From an uncultured Chloroflexia bacterium (GTDB taxonomy: Bacteria > Chloroflexota > Limnocylindria > Limnocylindrales > CSP1-4): a stretch of 64,000 nucleotides of DNA. This document shows positions 49,725 through 59,316 of the stretch, piece after piece (positions within the stretch are counted from its first letter, which is position 1; every line of letters starts with the position of its first letter). The DNA is taken from positions 384,001 through 448,000 of the forward strand of contig CAWFXA010000003.1 in NCBI GenBank assembly GCA_963819655.1, read 5' to 3'. The translations under genes were made by a program, and so were the position numbers. The notes beneath the pieces were generated by a model. That model searched no databases. It saw only the letters and a list, made by a program, of their open reading frames with translations, and had not been told where the DNA came from.

Positions 49725-51389
49725 GTGGCCATCGGGCAACCCTCCGAGGACCGACGCGACGCTCCTGCGAGCCACAGGTCCTCGGTCTCGGGTCCGCGAC
49801 TGGGTGGGGCGCTGCCGATCGTGGCGATCGTCGGCCGGCCGAACGTCGGCAAGAGCACGCTCTTCAACCGGGTCATCGGGTCGCGCACCGCGATCGTGGA
49901 GGATCGGGCGCGGACGACGCGTGACCGGCTGTACGGCGACGCCGAGTGGAACGGCCGGCGGTTCGTCATCGTCGACACGGGCGGGCTCGAGGTCGACACC
50001 GACGACCCGATCGAGCTGCGCGTCCAGGAGCAGGCCCGGCTGGCCATCTCCGAGGCAGACGTCATCCTGTTCGTGGTCGATGCCGCGGCGGGCACGACAC
50101 CCGCCGACCTCGAGGCAGCTGAGCTTCTCAGACGGGCACCGGCGCCGGTGATCGTGGCCGTCAACAAGGCCGACAACGAGAAGCGCGAGATCGAGGCCGC
50201 CGAGTTCCACGCGATGGGCTGGGACGAGACCTATCCGATCTCCGCGAGCCACGGTCGTGGCACCGGCGACCTGCTCGACGCGATCGTCTGGGCGCTGCCG
50301 CCCGAGAGCCAGCAGGAGCTCGCCCGCAAGACGCGCGACGCCGAGGCGGAGGCGTGGGCCGATGAGGTCGCGACGGGCCGGCTCGAGCCATTCGTGGTCG
50401 GTGATCCCGAGGAGGACCTGGCTGGGGACGGCGAGGCCGCGATCGACGATACAGAGGCGGCACGCTGGGACGCCGCGATCGCGGCCGAGGCCGACACGGC
50501 ACCCGCGGCGATCGCGTTCGTCGGTCGCCCGAACGTGGGCAAGTCGAGCCTCGTGAACGCGCTGCTCGGCGAGGACCGGGCGATCGTGTCGGAGGTGCCC
50601 GGGACGACCCGCGACGCCATCGACACGCGCCTGGCGTGGGGTCGCAGCGAGGTCGTCCTGATCGACACCGCCGGCATCCGGCGACGGGGTAAGGTCGCCT
50701 CGGGAGCGGCGGCCGAGCGCTATTCGACGATGCGCGCGCTGACGGCGCTGTCACGTGCCGACGTCGCCGTCCTGGTCATCGATGCGGTCGAGGGCCTGAC
50801 CTCTCAGGACGCCCATGTCGCCGGCTATGCCGTCGAGGAGGGCAAGGGCCTGGTCATCGCGGTCAACAAGTGGGATCTCGTCGCCGACAAGACCGACCGC
50901 ACGTTCGACCAGTACATCGAGTGGATCAGGAACGATGCGCCGTTCCTCGAGTTCGCCCCGGTCGTGTCGATCAGCGCCAAGACCGGCCAGCGGGTCGGGC
51001 GCGTGCTCGAGCTCGCGGTCGATATCTGGGCGGAACGCCGCCGGCGCATACCGACCGCTGAATTGAACAGGGTCCTGATGGCGGCCACAGATCGGACGCC
51101 ACCGCCGCTCGTCCGCGGCAAGCGGGCGAAGCTCTACTACGCGACACAGGCGGCGATCAATCCGCCGACGTTCGTGTTCTTCGCATCTGACGCATCGGCC
51201 GTCCACTTTTCGTATCGCCGCTATCTCGAGAACCGGTTGCGCGAGACGTTCGGGTTCGACGGCACGCCGATCCGGTTGGTGTTCCGCGATCGCGCCTCGG
51301 TCAAGCTGCCGCGTCGCCGGAAGGCCCGATCATCTCCTTCGACGAAGGGCCGCCGGCTGTCCCCTTCACGAAATCGCCGACCGAGCTGA
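49725..51389 (+). CDS. der: Ribosome biogenesis GTPase Der/EngA
   Basis: Two GRPNVGKS/DTxG/NKxD GTPase domains plus KH-like C-terminus (PPTF, YLENRLR, GTPI). Confidence 0.96.
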   Translation: MAIGQPSEDRRDAPASHRSSVSGPRLGGALPIVAIVGRPNVGKSTLFNRVIGSRTAIVEDRARTTRDRLYGDAEWNGRRFVIVDTGGLEVDTDDPIELRVQEQARLAISEADVILFVVDAAAGTTPADLEAAELLRRAPAPVIVAVNKADNEKREIEAAEFHAMGWDETYPISASHGRGTGDLLDAIVWALPPESQQELARKTRDAEAEAWADEVATGRLEPFVVGDPEEDLAGDGEAAIDDTEAARWDAAIAAEADTAPAAIAFVGRPNVGKSSLVNALLGEDRAIVSEVPGTTRDAIDTRLAWGRSEVVLIDTAGIRRRGKVASGAAAERYSTMRALTALSRADVAVLVIDAVEGLTSQDAHVAGYAVEEGKGLVIAVNKWDLVADKTDRTFDQYIEWIRNDAPFLEFAPVVSISAKTGQRVGRVLELAVDIWAERRRRIPTAELNRVLMAATDRTPPPLVRGKRAKLYYATQAAINPPTFVFFASDASAVHFSYRRYLENRLRETFGFDGTPIRLVFRDRASVKLPRRRKARSSPSTKGRRLSPSRNRRPS

Positions 51390-52405
51390 TGGACGACGCG
51401 CCCAGGGTCGCGGTCGTCGGAGCGGGGGCGTGGGGCACAACCGTCGCGGCGATCGTCGCCAGGCGTGAACCGGCGCTCATCGTCACCCACAGACCCGAGG
51501 TCGCCGACGAGATCAACGAGACGCACCGCAACGAGCGGCGGCTGCCGGGTATCGACCTGCCGGAGGCGCTGACGGCGACCGCCGATCCGACGAGGCTCGC
51601 CGAGGCGATCGACCTCGTGATCTTCGCTGCCCCCTCGTCGCACCTGCGGTCAGTCGTCGAGGGATCCGCGCCGTACGTCCCGCCGGGCGCCGATGTGCTG
51701 TCGATCGTGAAGGGCCTGGAGCGGGGCTCACTGCTGCGGATGAGCGAGGTCATCGCCGACGCCGGCGGGATCGACCCGGCGCGCATCGCGGCGCTGTCGG
51801 GGCCGAACCTCGCCTTGGAGATCGCGGGGGGTCTGCCCGCATCGGCCGTCGTCGCGGCGGAGGACCTCGAGGTGGCGACGCGCATCGCCGGGCGCCTCGG
51901 CCGGCGAGAGTTCCGGCTGTACGTGAATCGCGACATCCTCGGCGTGGAGTTGTGCGGCGCGCTCAAGAACGTGCTGGCGATCGCCGCCGGCGCCGCCGAC
52001 GGCCTCGGCTTCGGCGACAACGGCAAGGCCGGGCTGATGACCCGCGGCCTGGCCGAGATGATCCGGCTCGGCGCCGCCGCCGGCGCGAACCGCCTCACGT
52101 TCGCCGGGCTGGCTGGCATCGGGGACGTGATCGCGACTTGCGGGTCGCGGCTGTCGCGCAACCACCGGCTCGGCGAGGAGCTCGCGAAGGGCCGGCCGTG
52201 GGCGGAGATCGAGGCCACCCTGCCGGGGACGGCCGAGGGCGCCTACACCGTCGAAGCGGCCCTCGCCCTGGCCGATCGCTATGGCGTCGAGATGCCGATC
52301 GCGCAGGAGGTCTACCTGGCCCTGTTCGAGGGCAAGAGCGTCCAGCGTTGCCTGATCGACCTGCTGTCGCGCGAGTCCAAGGACGAGTTGCAGGACCTCG
52401 CCTGA
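51389..52405 (+). CDS. gpsA: NAD(P)H-dependent glycerol-3-phosphate dehydrogenase
   Basis: GAGAWGT, KGLE, LSGPNLA, GALKNV, GLAGIGD..ATC..SRN. Confidence 0.96.
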   Translation: MDDAPRVAVVGAGAWGTTVAAIVARREPALIVTHRPEVADEINETHRNERRLPGIDLPEALTATADPTRLAEAIDLVIFAAPSSHLRSVVEGSAPYVPPGADVLSIVKGLERGSLLRMSEVIADAGGIDPARIAALSGPNLALEIAGGLPASAVVAAEDLEVATRIAGRLGRREFRLYVNRDILGVELCGALKNVLAIAAGAADGLGFGDNGKAGLMTRGLAEMIRLGAAAGANRLTFAGLAGIGDVIATCGSRLSRNHRLGEELAKGRPWAEIEATLPGTAEGAYTVEAALALADRYGVEMPIAQEVYLALFEGKSVQRCLIDLLSRESKDELQDLA

Positions 52406-52459
52406 CGGCGGTCGGGCGGGCGGCCGGCCAGGGGGCGCGTGCTAGACTGCGGACCCCGT

Positions 52460-52536
52460 CGGGGCGTGGCGCAGTCTGGTAGCGCACCAGTCTGGGGGAC
52501 TGGTGGTCGTGGGTTCAAATCCCGCCGCCCCGACCA
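52460..52536 (+). tRNA. tRNA-Pro (anticodon GGG)
   Basis: CGGGGCG/CGCCCCG acceptor stem, D-loop TGGTA, CCAGT-CT-GGG-GG-ACTGG anticodon arm, GGTTCAAAT T-loop, encoded CCA. Confidence 0.97.
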
Positions 52537-52598
52537 ATTCCCCCGCACTAACGTGCCTGGACCGATCCGGAACGTGGCGCCCAAGACAGGAGCGGTCC

Positions 52599-53309
52599 AT
52601 GGCGAACGAACGGACGTATCCGTGTCTGCCCTGCGCTGAGATCGACGGATCGGTCGCGTTCTACGAATCGCTCGGGTTCACGAGAACCTACCGACAGGTT
52701 CGTCCGAACCCGTACGCGGTGGTCGCCCGCGAGGACCTCCAGATCCACCTCTTCGGCATCGACGGCTTCAAGCCCGAGGACTCGTACGGCACCGTGATCG
52801 TCGCTGTCCCGGACCCCGACAGCCTCTATCGTGACTTCGCGGCGGGATTGCGGAAGGCGCACGGCAAGCTGCCCGTCACCGGCATCCCGCGTATCACCCG
52901 ACCGCGCAAGAAGTACGGCACGGTGCGCGGTTTCAGCGTCGTCGACCCGGGCGGGAACTGGCTGCGGATCTCCAAACTCGGCGAGACGGAAGAGGAAGAC
53001 TCCGCGGAGAAGGCCGAGGGATTGGCGCAGATCGTCTACGTCGCGGCGCGCCTGGGCGATGCCCACGGCGATGAGGCGCTTGCGCTGAAGACGCTCGACA
53101 GCGGCCTGACCCAATTCGGCGACGCCGCCAAACCGATCGAACTCGCGCGTGCCTACCTGTACCGAGCGGAACTGGCCGTCCGGACACAGGACCTTTCGCT
53201 GGCTCGATCATCCCTTGCGACGGCGGAGTCGCTCGACTTGACCACGGACGAAGTGGCCGAGCTCGCCGATGAGTTCGCTCACGTGACCGAGCTTCTCACT
53301 CAGGACTGA
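52599..53309 (+). CDS. VOC/glyoxalase (bleomycin-resistance-like) protein with helical C-terminal extension
   Basis: YPCLP....SVAFYESLGF, IHLF, VVDPGGNWLRI; AGGAG SD. Confidence 0.82.
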   Translation: MANERTYPCLPCAEIDGSVAFYESLGFTRTYRQVRPNPYAVVAREDLQIHLFGIDGFKPEDSYGTVIVAVPDPDSLYRDFAAGLRKAHGKLPVTGIPRITRPRKKYGTVRGFSVVDPGGNWLRISKLGETEEEDSAEKAEGLAQIVYVAARLGDAHGDEALALKTLDSGLTQFGDAAKPIELARAYLYRAELAVRTQDLSLARSSLATAESLDLTTDEVAELADEFAHVTELLTQD

Positions 53310-53335
53310 TCGAGCATCGAGCACGCTGCTCTCTC

Positions 53336-53456
53336 AGGCGATGGGCCCCAAGAGCAGCCATCGTGTTCGGCCTCCGCTCGGACCACGGCCGGTCTCGACC
53401 GGCTCGTCTGATGGCACGCGCCGGACGGTCGGCGTCGATGGCTCGAGGCTGGCGGC
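53336..53456. repeat. 121-bp direct repeat, copy 1
   Basis: Matches 54526..54646 with 3 substitutions. Confidence 0.92.
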
Positions 53457-53489
53457 GTCGACGACATCGGTGATCGCATAGGGCAGCGA

Positions 53490-53708
53490 CTAGAGCGGCA
53501 GTTTGATCTGCACCTTGGGCTCGTCGTCATCGCCGCTGGACCGATCCGGTTTCGCGTCGGGCGGCGTGCCTTCGATGTACTCGCGACGCAACTGCTCGAT
53601 CCGCGCCGCGAGGCCGTCAGCGATATCGCTGTCGACAGCTTCCTCCCGCTCCATCGCGAGCTCGTGCCATTCCGCGAGGATCTGCTTCGCGGTACGCGGA
53701 GGGGGCAT
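53490..53708 (-). CDS. Small hypothetical protein (72 aa)
   Basis: MPPPRTAKQILAEWHEL...; GGAGG SD upstream. Confidence 0.6.
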   Translation of the reverse strand: MPPPRTAKQILAEWHELAMEREEAVDSDIADGLAARIEQLRREYIEGTPPDAKPDRSSGDDDEPKVQIKLPL

Positions 53709-53848
53709 CGCGTCCTCCAACTGTCCTTGGGTGGCGGGACTGTAGCGGGCTGGCAGCTGCGAGCGCCGCAGCTGCGGACCGGCTCGCGTTGCAGGGGCGT
53801 CGCGCACTCGTTGCACGGACGCGCAGACCGCCGTCGTCGTCCCGAGGC

Positions 53849-54448
53849 TCACCCGAGATGCGGCGGTTTCGTCGGTTTCGGAGGTTTCGGCGTCTTCGAC
53901 GGCCTTGGCTCAGGCGTGGGAGTGGGCGTGGGCGTCGGCTGAGCGATGGGAGCGGGTGTCGGCGTGGCCGTTGGCGCCGGCGTGGGGGCGGGCGTCGGTG
54001 CGGGTGAGGGAGTCGCACGCGGCGTCGGAGCCGCCGTCGAGACCGGCGTCGCCACGGGCGTGGGCGCCGCCGTGGGATTCACTCTGGCCGTCGGGACGGG
54101 CGTCGGCGGAGGGGATGGAGTCACTGGGGCCATCGGGCCTGGTGGACTCGGCGTTTGCCCCGCCGACGATCGAGGCGGCTGGACTCGAGGCTCCGGTCCA
54201 TCCGATCCCGACCGGGTTCGTTCGATCTCGGTCACCGAGGGCGGTGCTCCGGTTGACTCGGGTGTTATCGGAACGGGTTCGGGCCTCCGGGTCGCCGGAC
54301 TCTCGGGCTCGAGCCGCATCGCCACGGCGGGTCGATATCCCGGATCCATCGAAACCGGAGGGTCCGTATCCACGATCAGAGCAACGACCATGGTCACGGT
54401 TAGGCCGACACCGATCCCCACGAACGTCTGATCGGCCGATGACAACAC
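53849..54448 (-). CDS. Pro/Thr-rich putative surface protein (possibly a fragment)
   Basis: Hydrophobic N-terminal stretch then PT/PA repeats and a KPPKPTKPP end; start uncertain. Confidence 0.45.
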   Translation of the reverse strand: MLSSADQTFVGIGVGLTVTMVVALIVDTDPPVSMDPGYRPAVAMRLEPESPATRRPEPVPITPESTGAPPSVTEIERTRSGSDGPEPRVQPPRSSAGQTPSPPGPMAPVTPSPPPTPVPTARVNPTAAPTPVATPVSTAAPTPRATPSPAPTPAPTPAPTATPTPAPIAQPTPTPTPTPEPRPSKTPKPPKPTKPPHLG

Positions 54449-54523
54449 CGCGACCTCCGGCTACTCCGGAGCGATCTGGGGGCAACCCAATGATACGGAC
54501 CGCGGCAACCGACGCGGTCAAAC

Positions 54524-54796
54524 CTAGGCGATGGGCCCCAGGAGCAGCCATCGCGTTCGGCCTCCGCTCGGACCACGGCCGGTCTCGACCGGCTCGTCTG
54601 ATGGCACGCGTCGGACGGTCGGCGTCGATGGCTCGAGGCTGGCGGCCTCGGTGCGATCGGGCGTGTCCAAGTCGAATCGACAGTAGGCACACATGCGGAG
54701 CTGGTCCGCCCGAAGATGCCCGCATCTCGTGCAGTACTGGCTGTCGGACTCGGACGCATAGAGGTCGCTCGGCGACCTCGCGGGTTCCATCGTCAT
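54524..54796 (-). CDS. Zinc-ribbon-containing hypothetical protein
   Basis: YCTRCG...MCAYCRF; the 3' end is repeat copy 2. Confidence 0.5.
   Translation of the reverse strand: MTMEPARSPSDLYASESDSQYCTRCGHLRADQLRMCAYCRFDLDTPDRTEAASLEPSTPTVRRVPSDEPVETGRGPSGGRTRWLLLGPIA
54526..54646. repeat. 121-bp direct repeat, copy 2
   Basis: Matches 53336..53456. Confidence 0.92.
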
Positions 54797-55075
54797 CGCT
54801 GACCCCACTCTCGGCCTGGAACGCGACGAATGGACCAATGCGGGCGGGGTCTGTACTTCGCGTGACGCGCAGGCCCCGGGCATATCCCGGGTGGACGACT
54901 AACGTTACTCGCCCTGCGGCTTGCTCGCAATGGACATGCATCGACGATCTGGACGCTTCCGACGCGGTGGACGAACATCGCACCACGTCCCAAGCCTTAA
55001 CCTAGGTCTCCAAAGCGCGGGGCGTGGCCGCCTCAGACCGGCCCTGCCTGCCAGTTCATCCCGCAAGGGGGATCA

Positions 55076-55828
55076 GTGACCGAGCCCGTCGAGACCCCGC
55101 CGCCGGTCGCGCCAGAGTCCGGAACGAGCGGTCTGCTGCCGCCCGGGCTCGTCTTCGCCGACACGCCGTCTCGCATCGCGGCTTACGTGCTGGACAGCTT
55201 CCTGTTGAGTGCGCTCGTCTCGATCCCGCCAGCCCTGCTCGGGTTCTACGACTACTCGTACAGCGGCGGCGCGTATCCCGATCCGATCTCCCGCGCGTCG
55301 TTCGTCGGTCTGACGATCTTCAGCTTCGCGATGAGTGCGGCCTACTTCCTGTGGTTCTGGACCGGTGGCCGCCGAGCGACGCCCGGCCAACGCGTGTTCG
55401 GGATCCAGCTCGGGAACGCATTCGATGGCCGGCCGCTCACGATGACGCAGGCGATCGAGCGCTGGCTGGCGATGGGCTGGTGGGCGACGCTGCTGATCCT
55501 GCTGCCGTTCCTGGCCATCGCGATCGCGTCGTACGCGGTGTTCGCGGTGTGGTGGGTCGTGCTCGTCATCTCGATCATCGTCAGCCCGACCAAGCAGGGC
55601 ATCCACGATCGCTTCTCCCGGTCCGCATTGGTCCGGCCGGCTGGTCAGGGCAATCGATGGGCGGTCGGTTGTCTGTGGGTGCTCGCCATCGTGACGATCC
55701 TGGAGATCGGAGCGGTCATCCTCCTGGCGTCGTTGATGAACACCCTCGCGGACTCCGATCTGTATCCGCCAGGTTTGAACCCGTTCGACTACATGTGGGA
55801 ACAGATCCGGACCATCTGGCCCTCGTAG
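55076..55828 (+). CDS. RDD family membrane protein 1
   Basis: RIAAYVLD, ATPGQRVFGI, KQGIHDR. Confidence 0.88.
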   Translation: MTEPVETPPPVAPESGTSGLLPPGLVFADTPSRIAAYVLDSFLLSALVSIPPALLGFYDYSYSGGAYPDPISRASFVGLTIFSFAMSAAYFLWFWTGGRRATPGQRVFGIQLGNAFDGRPLTMTQAIERWLAMGWWATLLILLPFLAIAIASYAVFAVWWVVLVISIIVSPTKQGIHDRFSRSALVRPAGQGNRWAVGCLWVLAIVTILEIGAVILLASLMNTLADSDLYPPGLNPFDYMWEQIRTIWPS

Positions 55829-55868
55829 CTTTCCCTATGATGGGGGCCTCGCAGGGAAGGGGAGGACG

Positions 55869-56972
55869 ATGACCCAGCCACCGGACGAGCGCCCACCGCG
55901 GCCCGACGAGCCCGAGGGCGACGCAGCATCCGAGAACGCGCCGACCGTCGCGTGGACCCCGCCCGAGTCAGAGGGCGAGAAGCCGGCCGAGGAGGGCGGC
56001 ACTGGGTATACGGCTGTCCCCGATGACAACGCACCGGCACCCGAGGCCGCCGCCCCGCTACCGCCCGAACCGCGATCGGAATCATTGCCACCAGTGGAAC
56101 CAGCCGAGCCGGCCCCGCCGCCCGCGGCGCCGGGCGGCCCCATCATCAGTGCCACGCCGACGCCACCTGCCTCCGGATGGCAGACGCCGGCGGAGCCCGC
56201 CGCGCCAGGTGTCCCGCCCGTCGTGCCTCCGAGCGGCGGCTGGGAGATGCCGACCGCCGCGGCGGCGCTGCCGCAGCAGCAGGGCTATGTGATCGCCGGC
56301 GTCGGTGCCCGCGTCGTCGCGTGGCTGATCGACGTCACGCTGGCGGGCATCATCCCGGGCATCCTCGCATTCGCTGTCGTCGACTGGACAGGGATCATGC
56401 GTGAGGCCATCGAACAGGCGCGGCTCAGCCCCAGCGGACAGATCACCGGCGGGATGACAGCCACGACGATCCCGGTGACCCTGGACTACGTCCTCGCGAC
56501 GCTGATCGGTCTCGGGGTCCAGTTCCTGTACTTCGTCGGGTTCTGGACGAGCCGCTGGCAGGCCACGCCCGGCATGATCGGGCTGAAGATGCGCGTGGTC
56601 GACGCGAACACCGGTAGCACGCTGTCGGTCGTCCAGGCGACGAAGCGATGGATCGCCCTCGGTTGGCCGCTCGTGTTGCTTGGGCTCGTGCCCGCCCTTC
56701 AGGCCGTCCAGGGCCTGCTTCAGCTCGGACTGACCGTGTTCCTGTTCTTCACGACCGTGACGAACGACCGGAAGCAGGGTCTTCACGACAAGTTCGCGAA
56801 CTCGCTCGTCATCCGCTCGGTCACGAGCGGCAGCGGCGCCACCTTCGCGGGCTGCCTCGTCTGGGGCGTCCTCGTGATCCTGATCAGCTTCATCGCCTTC
56901 ACGCTGTTCTTCGCGGCCGTGATGCCTGACTTGATCGACTACATCCGAGAGACCAACCCCAACGCCATATGA
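55869..56972 (+). CDS. RDD family membrane protein 2 (Pro-rich N-terminus)
   Basis: RVVAWLID, ATPGMIGLKMRVV, KQGLHDK. Confidence 0.88.
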   Translation: MTQPPDERPPRPDEPEGDAASENAPTVAWTPPESEGEKPAEEGGTGYTAVPDDNAPAPEAAAPLPPEPRSESLPPVEPAEPAPPPAAPGGPIISATPTPPASGWQTPAEPAAPGVPPVVPPSGGWEMPTAAAALPQQQGYVIAGVGARVVAWLIDVTLAGIIPGILAFAVVDWTGIMREAIEQARLSPSGQITGGMTATTIPVTLDYVLATLIGLGVQFLYFVGFWTSRWQATPGMIGLKMRVVDANTGSTLSVVQATKRWIALGWPLVLLGLVPALQAVQGLLQLGLTVFLFFTTVTNDRKQGLHDKFANSLVIRSVTSGSGATFAGCLVWGVLVILISFIAFTLFFAAVMPDLIDYIRETNPNAI

Positions 56973-57829
56973 CATCGGAGCGACCGGGGCCGCCCGAGCC
57001 GCTCGAACCGCCGGGATCGACGCCGCCGGCCGATCCCGGCGCTGACACGGCGCCCTACGCGCCACCACCACCGCCGGAATCGCCTCCGACCGACCCGGTG
57101 CAGCCTCCGTTGGCGCCCCCGCCCCCACCCGGCCCCGCGCCGGGCGGGGGGTGGGCGACGCCAGTGGTCGCCCGCCAGGAGGTCGCGCCGGGACTCGTCT
57201 TCTCCGACACGGCGTCGAGGTTCGTCGCCTACGTGATCGACCTGATCCTGATCGGGATCGTCACGGGGATCGTCGGGGAGCTGCTCGGCGTCGGGCCCGG
57301 GACACCGCCGCTGACCGACAGCTCGACAGACTTCACCCAGGCCTTCGAAACCAGCGTCGAGTACACGATCCTCGATCTTGCCATCGGGGCCTTGTACTTC
57401 ATCGCATCGTGGTCCGGCGGTCGCCGGGCGACGCTGGGGCAACGTCTCTTCGGCATCCAGGTGGGGAACGCGTTCGACGGCCGTCCTTTGAGGCTCGACC
57501 AGGCGGTTCGGCGCTGGCTCGGGATCGGCGACTTCCTTCTCCTGCTCGGGATCATCCCGGCGCTCGGGCCTGCGTCATCGGGCCTGCTATTCGTCTGGAA
57601 CATCGCGCTGTTGATCACGACCGCGACAAGCCCCACGAAACAAGGTCTGCATGACAGGCTCGCGAACTCTGCCGTCGTCCGGCCCGCCAATGCGGGGAAC
57701 GGGCTGGCGTACGGCTGCCTCGCGATCATCGTTGCGTTACTGGTCGTCTCCATCGTCGCTATCGTCGGTCTCGTCTTCCTCGGTGGGCAGGTCAGCTCGA
57801 TCCTGTCCGAAGTCGGCGAGTCGATCTGA
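56969..57829 (+). CDS. RDD family membrane protein 3 (Flp-pilin-like C-terminal tail)
   Basis: RFVAYVID, ATLGQRLFGI, KQGLHDR. Confidence 0.88.
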   Translation: MTSERPGPPEPLEPPGSTPPADPGADTAPYAPPPPPESPPTDPVQPPLAPPPPPGPAPGGGWATPVVARQEVAPGLVFSDTASRFVAYVIDLILIGIVTGIVGELLGVGPGTPPLTDSSTDFTQAFETSVEYTILDLAIGALYFIASWSGGRRATLGQRLFGIQVGNAFDGRPLRLDQAVRRWLGIGDFLLLLGIIPALGPASSGLLFVWNIALLITTATSPTKQGLHDRLANSAVVRPANAGNGLAYGCLAIIVALLVVSIVAIVGLVFLGGQVSSILSEVGESI

Positions 57830-57837
57830 CGAAGTCG

Positions 57838-59316
57838 ATGGAAGGCGTCCCGGACCCAGCGCAGGTCGATGGGCTCTCGGACATGGACCCGGCGACGTTT
57901 CGGGCCGCGGCGCACGCGGTGGTCGACCTCATGGCCGACTACCTGGCCACGATCGAGGAACGGGCAGTCTTCCCGCCGGTCGAGCCCGGATCGTTGCGGC
58001 CGGAGTTCCCGGGCGCGGCTCCTGATGCGCCGGAGGCACTCGACGCGATCCTGGCCGACTACGAGCGCCTGATCCCCTCGTCGGCGACGCACTGGCAGCA
58101 CCCGGGCTTCATGGCGTACTTCGCGACGACGGCATCGGGACCCGGGATCCTCGGCGAGATGCTGACCGCCGTTCTCGGTCAGAACCCGATGCTGTGGCGG
58201 ACCTCGCCGATCGGCACCGAGCTCGAGGAGGTCGTGGTCGATTGGCTGCGGATCGCGCTCGGCCTGCCGGACGAATTCGACGGGCTGTTGACCGACACGG
58301 CATCGACGTCGTCGCTCATCGCCCTGGCAGCGGCGCGGGAGGCGGCCGGGCTGGACGTCGCGGCACGCGGGCTCGCCGGCCGCCAGGACGTCCCCGCGGT
58401 TCGCGTCTACGCGTCGGCGGAGGCCCACAGCTCGATCGAAAAGGCGTGCATGACGCTCGGGATCGGCCGGGAAGGCCTCGTCCGGATCCCGGTCGACGAG
58501 GCGTTCGCGCTGCGTCCCGAGGCGCTCGCCGACGCGATCCGCGCGGACGGTGCCGCCGGACGCCGGCCGATCGCCATCGTCGCGACGATCGGGACGACGT
58601 CGTCGACCGCGGTCGATCCTGTCCCTCCGATCGCGGACATCGCCGCGCGCGAAGGCCTGTGGCTCCATGTCGACGCTGCGTACGCCGGGGCCGTGGCGTT
58701 GATCCCGGAGCGCCGCGCGCCCTTCGAGGGGTGGGATCGCGCCGACTCGATCGTGATCAACCCGCACAAGTGGCTGTTCACTCCACTCGACGCCTCGCTG
58801 CTCCTGACACGGCGGATGCCCGACCTGCGCGCCGCCTTCAGCCTCGTGCCCGAGTACCTGCGGACGCTCGATCGCGCGACGCCGGTCCGCGACTACACCG
58901 AGTACCAGCCGCAGCTCGGGCGGCGGTTCCGCGCCTTGAAGCTGTGGATGCAGCTGCGCTGGTTCGGGCTCGACGGGCTGCGGCGCCGGATCGAGCGGCA
59001 TATCTCGATGGCCCACGAGTTCGCCGCATGGATCGATGACGCGCCCGACTGGGAGCGTCTGGCGCCCGTTCCGTTCTCGACCGCTTGCTTCCGCTGGAAG
59101 CCCGGCTCGGGCATGGACGACGAGGTTCTCGACGTACGCAACGCCGCGATCATGGACGCCGTGAATCGGAGCGGTGACGTCTTCCTGTCGCACACCCGCC
59201 TCGACGGGCGGTTCACGATCCGCCTGTCGATCGGCAACCTGCGGACGGAGCCTCGCCACGTTGCGCACGCATGGGAACTCCTGCGAGAGGCGGCGAGCGA
59301 GGCCGCCGGCGGGTGA
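57838..59316 (+). CDS. PLP-dependent aromatic L-amino-acid decarboxylase family
   Basis: THWQHPGFMAYF, AHSSIEKA, HVDAAYAG, NPHKW, LGRRFRALKLW. Confidence 0.9.
   Translation: MEGVPDPAQVDGLSDMDPATFRAAAHAVVDLMADYLATIEERAVFPPVEPGSLRPEFPGAAPDAPEALDAILADYERLIPSSATHWQHPGFMAYFATTASGPGILGEMLTAVLGQNPMLWRTSPIGTELEEVVVDWLRIALGLPDEFDGLLTDTASTSSLIALAAAREAAGLDVAARGLAGRQDVPAVRVYASAEAHSSIEKACMTLGIGREGLVRIPVDEAFALRPEALADAIRADGAAGRRPIAIVATIGTTSSTAVDPVPPIADIAAREGLWLHVDAAYAGAVALIPERRAPFEGWDRADSIVINPHKWLFTPLDASLLLTRRMPDLRAAFSLVPEYLRTLDRATPVRDYTEYQPQLGRRFRALKLWMQLRWFGLDGLRRRIERHISMAHEFAAWIDDAPDWERLAPVPFSTACFRWKPGSGMDDEVLDVRNAAIMDAVNRSGDVFLSHTRLDGRFTIRLSIGNLRTEPRHVAHAWELLREAASEAAGG

Noticed and set aside
55018-55028. 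attR-like duplicate of tRNA-Pro (CGGGGCGTGGC)
   Set aside because: Only 11 bp, matches the 5' rather than the 3' end, GC-rich enough to occur by chance, and no integrase is present.
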